DNA from: an uncultured Candidatus Saccharibacteria bacterium
Lineage (GTDB): Bacteria; Patescibacteriota; Minisyncoccia; Minisyncoccales; Staskawiczbacteraceae
NCBI GenBank assembly: GCA_964479955.1
Contig: CAYZNK010000001.1
Coordinates: 219,824-283,823 of the forward strand
DNA: 64,000 bases
Direction: 5' to 3'
Positions 10,364-20,589 of this stretch are shown here, piece by piece. The stretch's first letter is position 1. Each line of letters begins with the position of its first letter. A program made the position numbers and the translations under genes. The notes under the pieces are model-generated. The model worked only from the letters and a program-made list of their open reading frames with translations. It was not told where the DNA came from and searched no databases.

Positions 10364-10801
10364 ATGAAAAACATCGGAAAAACAGTTAAGTTTATCAGTA
10401 GATGTTTTTTGGCGTTCATTGTTGCGGGAGCTTTTTTGTATACATTGTTGGTTTTGCCAAAGATAAACGACGAAAATTTAATTGATTTGGTTATGGAGGG
10501 GGCTCACACAGGATTATCAAAGCCGGTTGTTAAAATAGCGTTTGAGGGTGAAAATAAGGCAAGCGACAGAATTGCCAAGATAGAAAATCCCAAAGGAACA
10601 TCAGTACAAAAACAGGAGGTGGCAAAGGGGGATTCGCCAATCGTTCTGTTTGATATTTCCGCTCAGCCTGTTTTTGAGAAAAACAATAAGGCAGTCCTTA
10701 TTTTATGGATTTTAATTTTTGCATCACTTGTTGTATTTATAATTGCGTTAATCAGAAGAATGGTTAGAAAAGCAAAAATTAATAAAATTAAAGAGGATTA
10801 A
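10364..10801 (+). CDS. Hypothetical membrane protein (N- and C-terminal TM helices)
   Basis: First gene of a tightly spaced six-gene operon. A TTGACA-17-TATAAT promoter lies at about 10315-10343. Confidence 0.5.
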   Translation: MKNIGKTVKFISRCFLAFIVAGAFLYTLLVLPKINDENLIDLVMEGAHTGLSKPVVKIAFEGENKASDRIAKIENPKGTSVQKQEVAKGDSPIVLFDISAQPVFEKNNKAVLILWILIFASLVVFIIALIRRMVRKAKINKIKED

Positions 10802-10824
10802 TAAATTAAAAGAAAGCATTTCCA

Positions 10825-11634
10825 ATGCCCAAGAACTTGAGCCGTAAAAACATTAAATTTTTAATTTTTTCATTGGCGTTTTTATCAATAGGATACGGAT
10901 TTTATATCGAAGCAGAGGATTATACCGATGCCAGCCCGATAGAGACAAAATCAGAAAATTCAGAAAACAGAATTGCTCCCGGGGAATTCTTGCCCGTATC
11001 TGTTAAATTGATAAATTTCGGTTCTTTAAAAAGAGTAGATGTAATTGTAGATTATAAAATTTTAAATAAATACAACGAAGAAGTTTATTCAGAAAATGAA
11101 ACCGTAGCCGTTGAAACAACAGCATCTTTTGTAAAACGAATACAAATTCCAAACAATATTGATTCCGGAAACTATACCTTGGTTAGTATTCTGACTTATC
11201 CATATCAGGAACAGCCGGCAGTGTCTAAGTTTTCATTTACTGTTGAAAAAAAGATAGGAGGATTTTTTGCAAATGATTTGATTTTATATTCAGCTATTGC
11301 CTTTTTACTTATTTTTGCCGGATTAGTTTTTGTCTATTTTTTTACAGGATACGGTCAGAGGCATAAAGTTATGCTTTATGACTATAGCGACAAACCAAAA
11401 AGTCAAATTATTTATTACCAAATTTTAGGCAACATTATTTCTGAAATGCGTTTGAGAATAGGGGACGATGCCATTGATATTGCTAAAGATATTCCAAATT
11501 TGCATATTAACGAAAAAAATGGCTATATAATTGATATTAAAGACGCGCCTGCAAAAATTATAGCTTTACTTATTTCCCGCTATGAAAAAATATCCGGACA
11601 GCGTCTTAGCTTTAGCTTACGGCCCAAAAAATAA
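10825..11634 (+). CDS. Hypothetical membrane protein
   Basis: N-terminal signal/TM, a beta-rich ectodomain, a central TM helix and a cytoplasmic tail. Confidence 0.5.
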   Translation: MPKNLSRKNIKFLIFSLAFLSIGYGFYIEAEDYTDASPIETKSENSENRIAPGEFLPVSVKLINFGSLKRVDVIVDYKILNKYNEEVYSENETVAVETTASFVKRIQIPNNIDSGNYTLVSILTYPYQEQPAVSKFSFTVEKKIGGFFANDLILYSAIAFLLIFAGLVFVYFFTGYGQRHKVMLYDYSDKPKSQIIYYQILGNIISEMRLRIGDDAIDIAKDIPNLHINEKNGYIIDIKDAPAKIIALLISRYEKISGQRLSFSLRPKK

Positions 11635-11656
11635 AAATCATTAAAAATTAAAGGGT

Positions 11657-12055
11657 ATGAATAAAACAAATAAAAACACAAAAATTTTAATTGTTGAAGA
11701 CGACCCTGCGGCAAGAGGTGTTTATTTGGCTGTCTTAGAAAAAAGCGGTTTTGAGGTAATAGTTGCCGTAAATGGAAAAGACGGGCTGGAAAAGGCTCTT
11801 GAGGATACTCCAGATTTAATATTGCTTGATATTTGCATGCCTGTTATGGATGGGTTTGCGATGCTTAGTGAATTGAGAAAGACCGGAGAATATGGAAAAA
11901 ATGTTCCAATTATTCTACTGACAAACTTAAGCGCAGATGATGAAGATATCATAAAAAAAGTTGTCCAGACAGAGCCCGTTTATTACATAGTTAAATCCGG
12001 ATTCTCTATAAACGACCTGGTCAACAAGATTAACGAAGCATTATCTTCCAAATAA
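11657..12055 (+). CDS. Stand-alone response-regulator receiver domain (CheY-like)
   Basis: ILIVEDD, phospho-acceptor context DLILLDICMPVMDG, and ILLTN. Confidence 0.85.
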   Translation: MNKTNKNTKILIVEDDPAARGVYLAVLEKSGFEVIVAVNGKDGLEKALEDTPDLILLDICMPVMDGFAMLSELRKTGEYGKNVPIILLTNLSADDEDIIKKVVQTEPVYYIVKSGFSINDLVNKINEALSSK

Positions 12056-12079
12056 ATAATATTTTTAAGGATTTTTTCT

Positions 12080-12298
12080 GTGGATATTTTTAATTTATTG
12101 TTAATATTATTGTTCGTGGTAACGGCAATTTATTATATTGTATTTTTTTCACTTACTTATTATTGGCACGAGAACAAAACTACATTTATCGTTGTTCCGT
12201 TGATTTATACGTTTGAATTTTTTGTCGCAGGATTTTTAGTTATTTCAATAATTTCAATTGTTTTTAATTATTTTCCGGAATTGTTAAATTTTTTATAA
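12080..12298 (+). CDS. Small two-TM membrane protein
   Basis: 72 aa, hydrophobic, sits within the operon. Confidence 0.4.
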   Translation: MDIFNLLLILLFVVTAIYYIVFFSLTYYWHENKTTFIVVPLIYTFEFFVAGFLVISIISIVFNYFPELLNFL

Positions 12299-12303
12299 AA
12301 TAA

Positions 12304-13698
12304 ATGCCTTTTAAATTATCTCCGCTATTATTTTGGAAAACCAGCCTTAAAGAAATAATATGGGACCCTTTTTGGTGGATAATTTTGTTTATAATTATTT
12401 TGTGTATTCCATTTTTAAGAGTTTGGTGGTGGTTTTTTTTGCCTATTATGCTGGCGATACAACTAAGAGTTCTTTATTTATGGTGGATAAACTGGGATTT
12501 TGCTTATGCCAAGGTAAAATGGAAAATTCTGGAAATAATTCCGCCAAGAGAAGTTTTAACTCCCTTTAAGGCAATGGAGGATGTTTTTAATTTGGTTTGG
12601 CCTATTTGGGATGGGGCGAACTGGAGAGAAAAGTGGTGCGAGGGAGAATTGGACAACTCTCCATTTTGGTGCTCATGGGAGATAGCCAGTTTGGAAGGGA
12701 AAATCCATTTTTATTTAAGAACTCTTTCTCAGCACAGAACATCAATAGAAAGCGCCCTTTATGCCCATTATCCCGACATAGAAATAACAGAGGTTTCGGA
12801 TTACACAAAGTTTGTCCCACTCACAATCCCAAACGAAGATTGGGATCTCTATGGAGAGGATTTTTATTTGGTTAGAGACCCGGGTTATCCGATAAAAACT
12901 TATGAAAAATTTTTTGAACCGCAGGGAGAAAGAATTTCAGCGGAAGAAAAAAGAATAGACCCGATTATTTCCTTATTGGAATCAATGTCAAAGCTTGGGC
13001 CCGGAGAACACTATTGGGCGCAGTTTATAACAATTCCGATTGCCGATTCAGATTACCCCTGGAAAATTGGGGCCCAAAAGATAGTGGATACTATTTCCAA
13101 AAGACCTCAAAAAAAAGAGACAACGCTTATGGACGACTTAATATATATAGTAAGGCAAATTCTTTTAGGTCCTGAAAAAGAAGGTTCTGGCGATAAAGCA
13201 ACATATAAATGGTCAGACCCCGAGAAAGAAGAATCCGGTGAAAGAGAAATGGTTTTAACCCCAGGCGAAAGAGAACTTATTTCTGATATTGAGAACAAAA
13301 TGAAAAAATCAATTTTTAAGGTTTCTATAAGGGGTGTTTATGTTGCAAAAAGAGAAAATCTAAAAGGTTCGCACAAGGTTTTGGTTAGGTCGTACCTTCA
13401 GCATTTTTCTTTGCAAAATGCAAATAGATTTTCTTTTTCAGCCGAGACAAGGCCAAAAGTCCATTATATTATGAGAAAAAGAAGAGCATATTTGAGGGCA
13501 AGAAAAATATTAAAGAATGCGATTTCAAGGCTTACCCCAATGTTTCCTGATAGGGAAAAATATTGCGCTATTCTAAGTTCTGAAGAGCTGGCGACAATAT
13601 TTCACTTCCCATTAAGGGTTTCAGGAATGGTTTCCCCAACAATGTCTAAAGTTGAGTCCAAGAAAGCTGGCCCTCCGCCAAATTTGCCAATAGAATAA
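12304..13698 (+). CDS. Conserved membrane protein, partner of the downstream T4CP-like ATPase
   Basis: N-terminal Trp-rich TM helices plus a large soluble domain. 16-nt gap to the ATPase gene. Confidence 0.5.
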   Translation: MPFKLSPLLFWKTSLKEIIWDPFWWIILFIIILCIPFLRVWWWFFLPIMLAIQLRVLYLWWINWDFAYAKVKWKILEIIPPREVLTPFKAMEDVFNLVWPIWDGANWREKWCEGELDNSPFWCSWEIASLEGKIHFYLRTLSQHRTSIESALYAHYPDIEITEVSDYTKFVPLTIPNEDWDLYGEDFYLVRDPGYPIKTYEKFFEPQGERISAEEKRIDPIISLLESMSKLGPGEHYWAQFITIPIADSDYPWKIGAQKIVDTISKRPQKKETTLMDDLIYIVRQILLGPEKEGSGDKATYKWSDPEKEESGEREMVLTPGERELISDIENKMKKSIFKVSIRGVYVAKRENLKGSHKVLVRSYLQHFSLQNANRFSFSAETRPKVHYIMRKRRAYLRARKILKNAISRLTPMFPDREKYCAILSSEELATIFHFPLRVSGMVSPTMSKVESKKAGPPPNLPIE

Positions 13699-13714
13699 TT
13701 TTATAAAATAAAAA

Positions 13715-15646
13715 ATGGAAGAAAACAGCGAAATAAATTTTTTCGGGATGACAAGCTTTAGAAGCCAAAAAAAGAGATTTGGCATTAAAACCGATGATAG
13801 GCGGAGGCATTTTTATTGTATAGGAAAAACCGGAATGGGAAAATCAAACTTAATGGAAAACATGGCAATCCAAGACATTCAAAAAGGCAGAGGAATAGCC
13901 TATGTTGACCCGCATGGAGAAGGGGCTGAGAAACTTTTGGATTTTGTGCCTTTGGATAGAATTAATGATGTCGTGTTTTTTAATCCTGCTGATTTAGATT
14001 ATCCAATTGCTTTTAATGTTATGGAAAAAGTTGATTTCAGATATAGGCATTTAGTCGCAGGAGGATTGATGGGAGTTTTTAAAAAAGTTTGGCCGGATGT
14101 ATGGTCAGCCCGTATGGAATATATTTTAAACAATTCTATTTTGGCTTTGCTTGAATATCCTGATTCAACTTTATTAGGAATAAATAGGATGCTTGCTGAC
14201 CCGGAATATAGGCAGGAAGTTGTTTCCAAAATTACAGACCCGATTGTAAAATCTTTCTGGGTGACAGAATACGCAAGATATACCCAAAGATATGAAATTG
14301 AAGCAACCGCTGCGATACAGAATAAAGTGGGGCAGTTTATTTCAAATCCATTGATAAGAAATATAATCGGCCAGACAAAGTCCACAATAAATATGAGAGA
14401 GATTATGGATGAAAAGAAAATATTTATCATAGATTTGTCCAAGGGAAGAATCGGCGAAGACAATTCAAGGTTGTTGGGTGCGCTTTTAATCACAAAACTT
14501 CAGCTTGCGGCAATGTCGCGCGTTGATATTACAGAAGATGGCAGAAAGGATTTTTATCTTTATGTTGATGAATTTCAAAATTTTGCAACAGAATCTTTTG
14601 CTAATATTTTATCTGAAGCCAGAAAATACAGGTTAAACATTACGTTGGGGCATCAATATATAAACCAGATGGATGAAATCGTCAGGGACGCTGTTTTTGG
14701 AAACGTGGGAACCCTTGCTGTTTTTAGGGTTGGAGCAGAGGATGCGGAATTTTTGGAAAAAGAATTTTCTCCGGAATTTACTGCAACAGACCTTGTTAAT
14801 TTGCCTAAGTACAATATTTATTTAAAATTAATGATAGACGGAATTTCTGGTCATCCGTTTTCAGCTCAAACTTTACCCCCTCCCGAACCCCTTGAAATTT
14901 CAAACAGGGAAAAAATAATAAATGCATCAAGGCAGAGATATGGCGTTAAAAGGGACATAGTTGAAGAAAAGATTTCCGACTGGTCGGGAATCAATCGGGA
15001 AGACGGGGGTAAAAAGCCAGATATAGGCAAGGAAAAAAGAATGGAAAAGAATGATGGGCAAAATAATCCGACAGCCCTTTACGATGCTATTTGTTCAAAC
15101 TGTAATAAATCCATAAAAGTTATTTTTCCTCCGGAAAAAGGAAGGCCCGTTTATTGCAAAAATTGTTTAAAAAAAATAAAATTCAAAGATGATCATGCTG
15201 TTGTTACAACTGGTATAAGAGAGAATGCCATCGGAAGAAAGTCAGGCACAGAAAATATAGAAAAAGAGAATCGGGCGGAAAACGATAAAAATTTTGATAG
15301 AGAAGATAAAATAGAGAATGTTTCTTTTGAAAGGATAAAATCAGACAGGCAGATTTCAGAAAACATTAAACAAGCAGAACACAAAAGGAAGGAGATAAAT
15401 TTGTCGGAGTTACGTAGGGTTATAGAAAAATCTTTGAATTCTACAAAACAGGAAGATTTTGGCGATAAAGATAATCTTCAGAAAAAAAATGATACTGAAA
15501 AAGAATCTTCAATTAAAACAACTGATGAAAATAAACAAGTATTACTTGATTCTCCTGCCAAAGATAATAAAATAGAAGACGCAATATTGCTTCCCGGGGT
15601 AAATTTAAAAAAACAAATAAAACCCGGAGAAAAAATAAAATTATAA
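13715..15646 (+). CDS. Type IV secretion coupling protein-like (TraD/VirD4/DUF87-type) P-loop ATPase with a C-terminal zinc ribbon and acidic/lysine-rich tail
   Basis: Walker A GKTGMGKS, Walker B FYLYVDEFQNF, ARKYRLNITLGHQYINQ. Zinc ribbon CSNCNKSIKVIFPPEKGRPVYCKNC. Confidence 0.75.
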   Translation: MEENSEINFFGMTSFRSQKKRFGIKTDDRRRHFYCIGKTGMGKSNLMENMAIQDIQKGRGIAYVDPHGEGAEKLLDFVPLDRINDVVFFNPADLDYPIAFNVMEKVDFRYRHLVAGGLMGVFKKVWPDVWSARMEYILNNSILALLEYPDSTLLGINRMLADPEYRQEVVSKITDPIVKSFWVTEYARYTQRYEIEATAAIQNKVGQFISNPLIRNIIGQTKSTINMREIMDEKKIFIIDLSKGRIGEDNSRLLGALLITKLQLAAMSRVDITEDGRKDFYLYVDEFQNFATESFANILSEARKYRLNITLGHQYINQMDEIVRDAVFGNVGTLAVFRVGAEDAEFLEKEFSPEFTATDLVNLPKYNIYLKLMIDGISGHPFSAQTLPPPEPLEISNREKIINASRQRYGVKRDIVEEKISDWSGINREDGGKKPDIGKEKRMEKNDGQNNPTALYDAICSNCNKSIKVIFPPEKGRPVYCKNCLKKIKFKDDHAVVTTGIRENAIGRKSGTENIEKENRAENDKNFDREDKIENVSFERIKSDRQISENIKQAEHKRKEINLSELRRVIEKSLNSTKQEDFGDKDNLQKKNDTEKESSIKTTDENKQVLLDSPAKDNKIEDAILLPGVNLKKQIKPGEKIKL

Positions 15647-15649
15647 GGA

Positions 15650-16693
15650 ATGATTAATTTATTGAAAAATTTGGATGTGAGAAAGCGCGTTTTGGTGAGG
15701 TGTGATTTTAATATTCCCTTGGATGAAAAGGGGGATATTTTGGATGATTTCAGAATACAGAAATCTTTGTCAACAATAAAATATTTAATAGAAAAAGGAG
15801 CTAAAATAATTTTGATGAGCCACTTGGACCCGAAGAGTACGGGCGTAGCCGATAGAAAATTTAATTTTAATAACATCGGGAAAAAATTATCAGAGCTTTT
15901 GGATATTCCTATTATAAAAATAGATGACTGTATAGGTCCGGAAGCTGAACAACAAAGCCAGAAGTTAAATCCTGGAAAAATATTGTTGTTGGAAAATCTG
16001 AGATTTTATAAAGAAGAAACCGAAGGAGATGAAAATTTCGCCAAAAAATTGTCTTTTCTTGGAGATGTTTATGTAAACGACGCTTTTTCTGTTTGTCATA
16101 GGGACCATGCGTCAATTACGGGAATTCCCAATTTTTTGGAATCTTGTGCGGGTCTTTTGTTGGAAAAAGAAATTGAAATTTTGGATAAAATATTGAAAAA
16201 TTCCCAAAGGCCAATGATTGCCATAGTGGGGGGAAAAAAGGTAGAAACCAAAGCAAAATTTATTGAAAAAATTTCAGAGGTTTCTGATTTTGTATTGGTT
16301 AGCGGATTGATAAAAAAAGAAATTATTGAAAAAAATATAAAGTTTAATTATCCTGAAAAAATAATTGGGCCTTCGGATAATCTGGATGCGCCGGACATTG
16401 ATCAAAAAACAGCTGAAATGTTTAGGGAAAAAATATTAAACTCAAAGACAGTCTTATGGAATGGCCCTTTTGGAAAGTTTGAAGACGAAAAATTTGCGGC
16501 TGGAACCTTGGCCTTGGCTTTGGCAATAATAGAAAGCAAGGCATTTTCTGTTGTTGGCGGAGGAGAGACAATTGAATTTTTGGAAAAACAAGATATGATT
16601 CATAGTTTCTCCCATGTGTCAACCGGGGGCGGGGCAATGTTAAATTATCTTTCGGGAGACGAATTACCAGGAATAAAAGCATTGCAAAAATAA
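15650..16693 (+). CDS. pgk: Phosphoglycerate kinase (short form, 347 aa)
   Basis: VRCDFNIPLD, ILMSHL, and NDAFSVCHRDHAS. The last differs from the canonical NDAFGTAHR. Confidence 0.85.
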   Translation: MINLLKNLDVRKRVLVRCDFNIPLDEKGDILDDFRIQKSLSTIKYLIEKGAKIILMSHLDPKSTGVADRKFNFNNIGKKLSELLDIPIIKIDDCIGPEAEQQSQKLNPGKILLLENLRFYKEETEGDENFAKKLSFLGDVYVNDAFSVCHRDHASITGIPNFLESCAGLLLEKEIEILDKILKNSQRPMIAIVGGKKVETKAKFIEKISEVSDFVLVSGLIKKEIIEKNIKFNYPEKIIGPSDNLDAPDIDQKTAEMFREKILNSKTVLWNGPFGKFEDEKFAAGTLALALAIIESKAFSVVGGGETIEFLEKQDMIHSFSHVSTGGGAMLNYLSGDELPGIKALQK

Positions 16694-16743
16694 AAAATTT
16701 AAATAATTATTGCTTGTAGTATTTAGGAAAGAAATAATAAAAT

Positions 16744-17904
16744 ATGAAACAAAAAATAAAAGGACTGGAAGAAGTCTCAAAAAGGATAAAAAAAGCCGTT
16801 CAAGAAAAAGAACGGATTATTTTGTATGGAGATTCAGACCTTGATGGAATCTCCTCGGTTGTTATTTTGGAAGAAGCAATAAAAAGCCTGGGTGGTTCTA
16901 TTGATTCGGCATTTTTTCCTGACAGGGAAAAGGACGGATACGGCATAAACCCGAAAGCACTTGATGTTTTAAAGAAAAAAGCGCCAGCTCTTCTTATTAC
17001 GTTAGACCTTGGAATCAGCAATGTAGAAGAGGTGGATATTGCCAATAAAATGGGTTTTGAAGTAATAATAATTGACCATCATGAAACATTAACCGGAATT
17101 CCAAATGCCTTGATTATAGTTGACCCAAAGCAAAAAACAGACAATTATCCTTTTAAGGGTTTGGCAAACGTAGGAGTCACTTTTAACCTTTGCGAAGAAT
17201 TATTAGACAACCCTCCGATTGGCGGAATTTCTAAAAGTTTGAAAAACAGTTTTTTAGAGCTTGCCGCTTTGGGCACAATTGCGGATATGGTTCCGCAAAT
17301 TGACCAAAATAAAAAAATTATTGAAGAAGGCTTGAGGTCTTTAAAAAATACTTATCGTCCCGCATTGCGGGCCTTTTTTGATGTCTTGGGTAGCACTGCT
17401 GTTTTTGGACCGGATTTGCAAAAGATAATATCTGCCCTTAATGCCGCAGAAAGCATTGATTTTGAAAATGAATCTTACAGGTTGTTAATAAATTCTTCTG
17501 CTAAAGAATGTAAAGAGATGGTTCAAAAATTAATTCTGAAAAACCAGGATAAGCAAATCCAAATCAGAAATATAGTCCAAGAGACTGAAAGGAGGATATT
17601 GCAAAAAACAGATAAGTCTATTGTTTTTGAGGGGGATAGGGCATGGAGGCTTACTTTGGCCGGGTCTGTGGCGTCAATACTTTGCAATAAATATCAGAAA
17701 CCCGTTTTTATTTTCAGAAAGGGCGACAAGGAAAGTTGCGGTTCTGTGAGAAATCCTTTAGGCACAAATTCAGTTGAAGCGATGAAGTCATGCAATGGTC
17801 TGTTGATGACTTACGGAGGGCATGCACAGGCTTCCGGTTTCAGGATAAAAAATGAAAATTTAGATGAGTTTGAGGATTGTTTGATTAATTTTTTTAAAAA
17901 ATGA
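16744..17904 (+). CDS. DHH/DHHA1 phosphoesterase, short RecJ-like
   Basis: YGDSDLDGISS, IIIDHHE (DHH), and GGHAQASGF (DHHA1). Confidence 0.75.
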   Translation: MKQKIKGLEEVSKRIKKAVQEKERIILYGDSDLDGISSVVILEEAIKSLGGSIDSAFFPDREKDGYGINPKALDVLKKKAPALLITLDLGISNVEEVDIANKMGFEVIIIDHHETLTGIPNALIIVDPKQKTDNYPFKGLANVGVTFNLCEELLDNPPIGGISKSLKNSFLELAALGTIADMVPQIDQNKKIIEEGLRSLKNTYRPALRAFFDVLGSTAVFGPDLQKIISALNAAESIDFENESYRLLINSSAKECKEMVQKLILKNQDKQIQIRNIVQETERRILQKTDKSIVFEGDRAWRLTLAGSVASILCNKYQKPVFIFRKGDKESCGSVRNPLGTNSVEAMKSCNGLLMTYGGHAQASGFRIKNENLDEFEDCLINFFKK

Positions 17905-18344
17905 AAAAATTTGTAATTTACACCGATGGAGGCTCGCGCGGGAATCCGGGTAGGGCGGCTGTCGGAATTGTTATCTGTAATGAAGTGGGTCAGGTTGTTA
18001 AAAAATACGGGCAATACCTTGGAGATAACTTAACAAATAACGAAGCGGAATATGAAGCTGTAATTTTTGCTCTTAAGAAATTCAAGAGTCTTTTTGGAAA
18101 AACTTTGTCTAGGAGTACAGATACTGAAATAAGGAGCGACTCTGAATTTTTGGTAAAGCAGATGAATGGTGAATACAAAATTTTAGACGAAAAAATTCAA
18201 AAATTATTTATTGAGGCCTGGAATTTAAGATTGGATTTTAAAAATGTAAAATTTAAACATATAGGTCGAGAAAAGAATGCTATTGCAGACCAGCTGGTTA
18301 ATGAAGCCCTGGACTCGCAGGCCGAAACCAAAAAACTAATTTAA
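17901..18344 (+). CDS. rnhA: Ribonuclease HI
   Basis: IYTDGGSRGNPG, NNEAEYEAVIFAL, DSEFLV and NAIADQLVNEA. Confidence 0.85.
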   Translation: MKKFVIYTDGGSRGNPGRAAVGIVICNEVGQVVKKYGQYLGDNLTNNEAEYEAVIFALKKFKSLFGKTLSRSTDTEIRSDSEFLVKQMNGEYKILDEKIQKLFIEAWNLRLDFKNVKFKHIGREKNAIADQLVNEALDSQAETKKLI

Positions 18345-18378
18345 TTTTTTTATTGTCAAATGACAGTAGAGATAAAAA

Positions 18379-18404
18379 ATCCCGCAATAAAGCGGGATTT
18401 TTTA
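18379..18404 (+). terminator. Rho-independent terminator
   Basis: atcccgc aataaa gcgggat followed by a T-run. Confidence 0.7.
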
Positions 18405-18406
18405 TT

Positions 18407-18816
18407 ATCCTAATAAGACCGTAAGCCGAATTCTGTTTTATGCAATCATCTATCTGCCCATTCGATTACTCTCAGGGTCAAGCGAACTACTTTTCTCCTT
18501 TAAAAGGCCTAAAATTCATAAATGAATTTTCCGGGGTTTTGCCCCGAGCCTGCTAAAGGGTTTGTTCTTGCGCCCAATAAGGATTTAGCCGTTTCATTCT
18601 GGCATTACTGCCAGAGTCGCCCAATCCCTTGCGGGATGGGCGCCCGACCCTTTCGGGTCTATGGCGTTTCTGTTCGCACCTCGTCCCGCCGAAGCGGGAG
18701 ACGGCTGTTAGCCGCTATTTTTTTATCCTTCACTGATAAATCAGTTCAGGAGGGTGTTCGGACTTTCCTCCCTCTTGCTGTTATAGCAAAAAAGCGATTG
18801 CTCGTCTTATTAGGAT
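18407..18816 (-). ncRNA. rnpB: RNase P RNA (bacterial type)
   Basis: On the minus strand, GGAGGAAAGTCCGAAC (P4 5' strand) and ACAGAATTCGGCTTAC (P4 3' strand). Terminal P1 pairing between atcctaataagacg and ggtcttattaggat. Ends are approximate. Confidence 0.85.
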
Positions 18817-18918
18817 GTTTTAATTATATTAACATATTATATCTTTGTCAAGGGGTTGGAAAAAAGCCAAAAAAAGATTAAGATGAAACATTATTGTCTT
18901 TTTTATTTTATCTGATAA

Positions 18919-20580
18919 ATGATTAAAAAAATTTTAAATTCTCAGACAAAAAGCATAAGTTCGGCATCCTTAATTTTAGCCGTCTCATATTTTTTGAGCG
19001 CTGTTTTGGGATTGTTAAGAGACAGGTTACTGGCGGGGACTTTTGGGGCAGGAAACGAACTGGATGTTTATTATACTGCTTTTACGGTACCCGATTTTAT
19101 TGCTTTGATTCTAATTTTTGGGGCAATCAGTGCGGCGGTAATTCCTATTTTTAGCGAATATTTGATAAAAGACCAAAAATCAGCATGGAAGTATATTTCA
19201 ACTTTTTTGAATATTTTTCTGGGGTTTTTAATTGCGGTCTGTGGAATTTTGATGTTTTTTACTCCTGCGATTATTTCTGTAATAGCGCCAGGATTTTCAG
19301 GAGAAAAAAAGGAAATGGCTATTTTGCTGATGAGGATTATGTTCTTAAGCCCCATAATTTTAGGGGCTTCAAATATGATAAGTGGAGTTTTGCAAGTTTT
19401 TCATAGGTTTTTGATTACAGCTTTGGCTCCCTTAATGTATAATATCGGAATAATATCTGGTATTTTATTTTTTGTCCCCAAGATAGGATTATCTGGTCTT
19501 GCGTGGGGAGTTGTTTTTGGAGGAGTTTTGCATTTGGCGGTGCAATTGCCTGCATTTTTTATTTCGGGGTTTAGATATCAGTTTAATTTTAATTACAAAA
19601 ATCCCGGAGTTGTAAAAACAGTGAAATTGATGGCGCCGAGGTCTCTGGGCTTGGGGGCGGGACAGTTAAATACAATTGCAACAACTGCGATTGCTTCAAC
19701 CTTAATGGCCGGGTCAATTGCTGTTTTTAATTTAGCAAATAATTTGTCGTCAATTTTTGTAAATGCTGTTGCAGTTTCTATTTCAACCGCCGCTTTTCCC
19801 TCCATGTCAATGAATTTTATTAAAAATGAGGGGGAAGAATTCTTAAGGAAATTTTCGGGAATTTTAAGGCAAATATTATTTTTGACTATTCCTATAAGCT
19901 TGCTTGTGCTGGTTTTAAGAGCCCAGATTGTAAGGGTAATTTTGGGAGCAGGAAATTTTGGCTGGGCGGATACAAAACTTACAACTGCATGCCTTGGGAT
20001 TTTGGCATTGAACTTGATTGCCCAGGCCTTAATTTTATTTCTGTCAAAGACTTTTTATGCCGCCCATAATACTAAAATTCCGGCGTTAATCAGCGCAGGA
20101 ACAGTTGCGGTTAATGTTGCTTTGAGCCTGTTTTTAGTTTTTGTGATAAAATTTTCTCCGGACTTTTCAAATTTTTTAAAGCATATTTTCAGGCTGAACG
20201 GAACGGAAAACATTGGGGTTGTGGGATTGTCTTTGGCATATTCAATAACGGCTGTTTTGGAAAGCCTTTTTCTTTTGTATTTGTTTTATAAAAATTTTTT
20301 GATGAAAAACAGTCCTAAAAAGAGAGTAAAGGAAATTTTAGATTCTGTAAGTAGGATTTTAATTGCAAGTGTTTTTATGTTTGCTGTTTCATTTTCAATA
20401 AGGCAAATTTTTGGCTCGTTTATAAGTCTGCAAAATTTTTGGGGAGTATTTTTGCAATTGGTTTTATCGGGCACAGCAGGAATTGCAGTTTATATATTTG
20501 TCTCTTATTTATTAAAATCGTCAGAATTAGAAACTATTAGAAGTTCCATTATTAAAAAATTTTTATATCCATCCAAATAA
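18919..20580 (+). CDS. murJ: Lipid II flippase MurJ (MviN)
   Basis: 553 aa polytopic protein. N-terminal LLRDRLLAGTFGAGNELDVYYTAFTVP is typical of MurJ. Confidence 0.85.
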   Translation: MIKKILNSQTKSISSASLILAVSYFLSAVLGLLRDRLLAGTFGAGNELDVYYTAFTVPDFIALILIFGAISAAVIPIFSEYLIKDQKSAWKYISTFLNIFLGFLIAVCGILMFFTPAIISVIAPGFSGEKKEMAILLMRIMFLSPIILGASNMISGVLQVFHRFLITALAPLMYNIGIISGILFFVPKIGLSGLAWGVVFGGVLHLAVQLPAFFISGFRYQFNFNYKNPGVVKTVKLMAPRSLGLGAGQLNTIATTAIASTLMAGSIAVFNLANNLSSIFVNAVAVSISTAAFPSMSMNFIKNEGEEFLRKFSGILRQILFLTIPISLLVLVLRAQIVRVILGAGNFGWADTKLTTACLGILALNLIAQALILFLSKTFYAAHNTKIPALISAGTVAVNVALSLFLVFVIKFSPDFSNFLKHIFRLNGTENIGVVGLSLAYSITAVLESLFLLYLFYKNFLMKNSPKKRVKEILDSVSRILIASVFMFAVSFSIRQIFGSFISLQNFWGVFLQLVLSGTAGIAVYIFVSYLLKSSELETIRSSIIKKFLYPSK

Positions 20581-20589
20581 TTTGATAAA

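Noticed and set aside
12360-12875. Overlapping alternative-frame ORFs within the 464-aa membrane protein gene
   Set aside because: They are nested in a longer coherent ORF that is operon-coupled to the ATPase gene. There is no independent support for them.
18522-18881. 119-aa plus-strand ORF
   Set aside because: It lies antisense to, and entirely over, the RNase P RNA gene, whose conserved P4 sequences are clear on the minus strand. The translation is low-complexity and looks like a shadow ORF.
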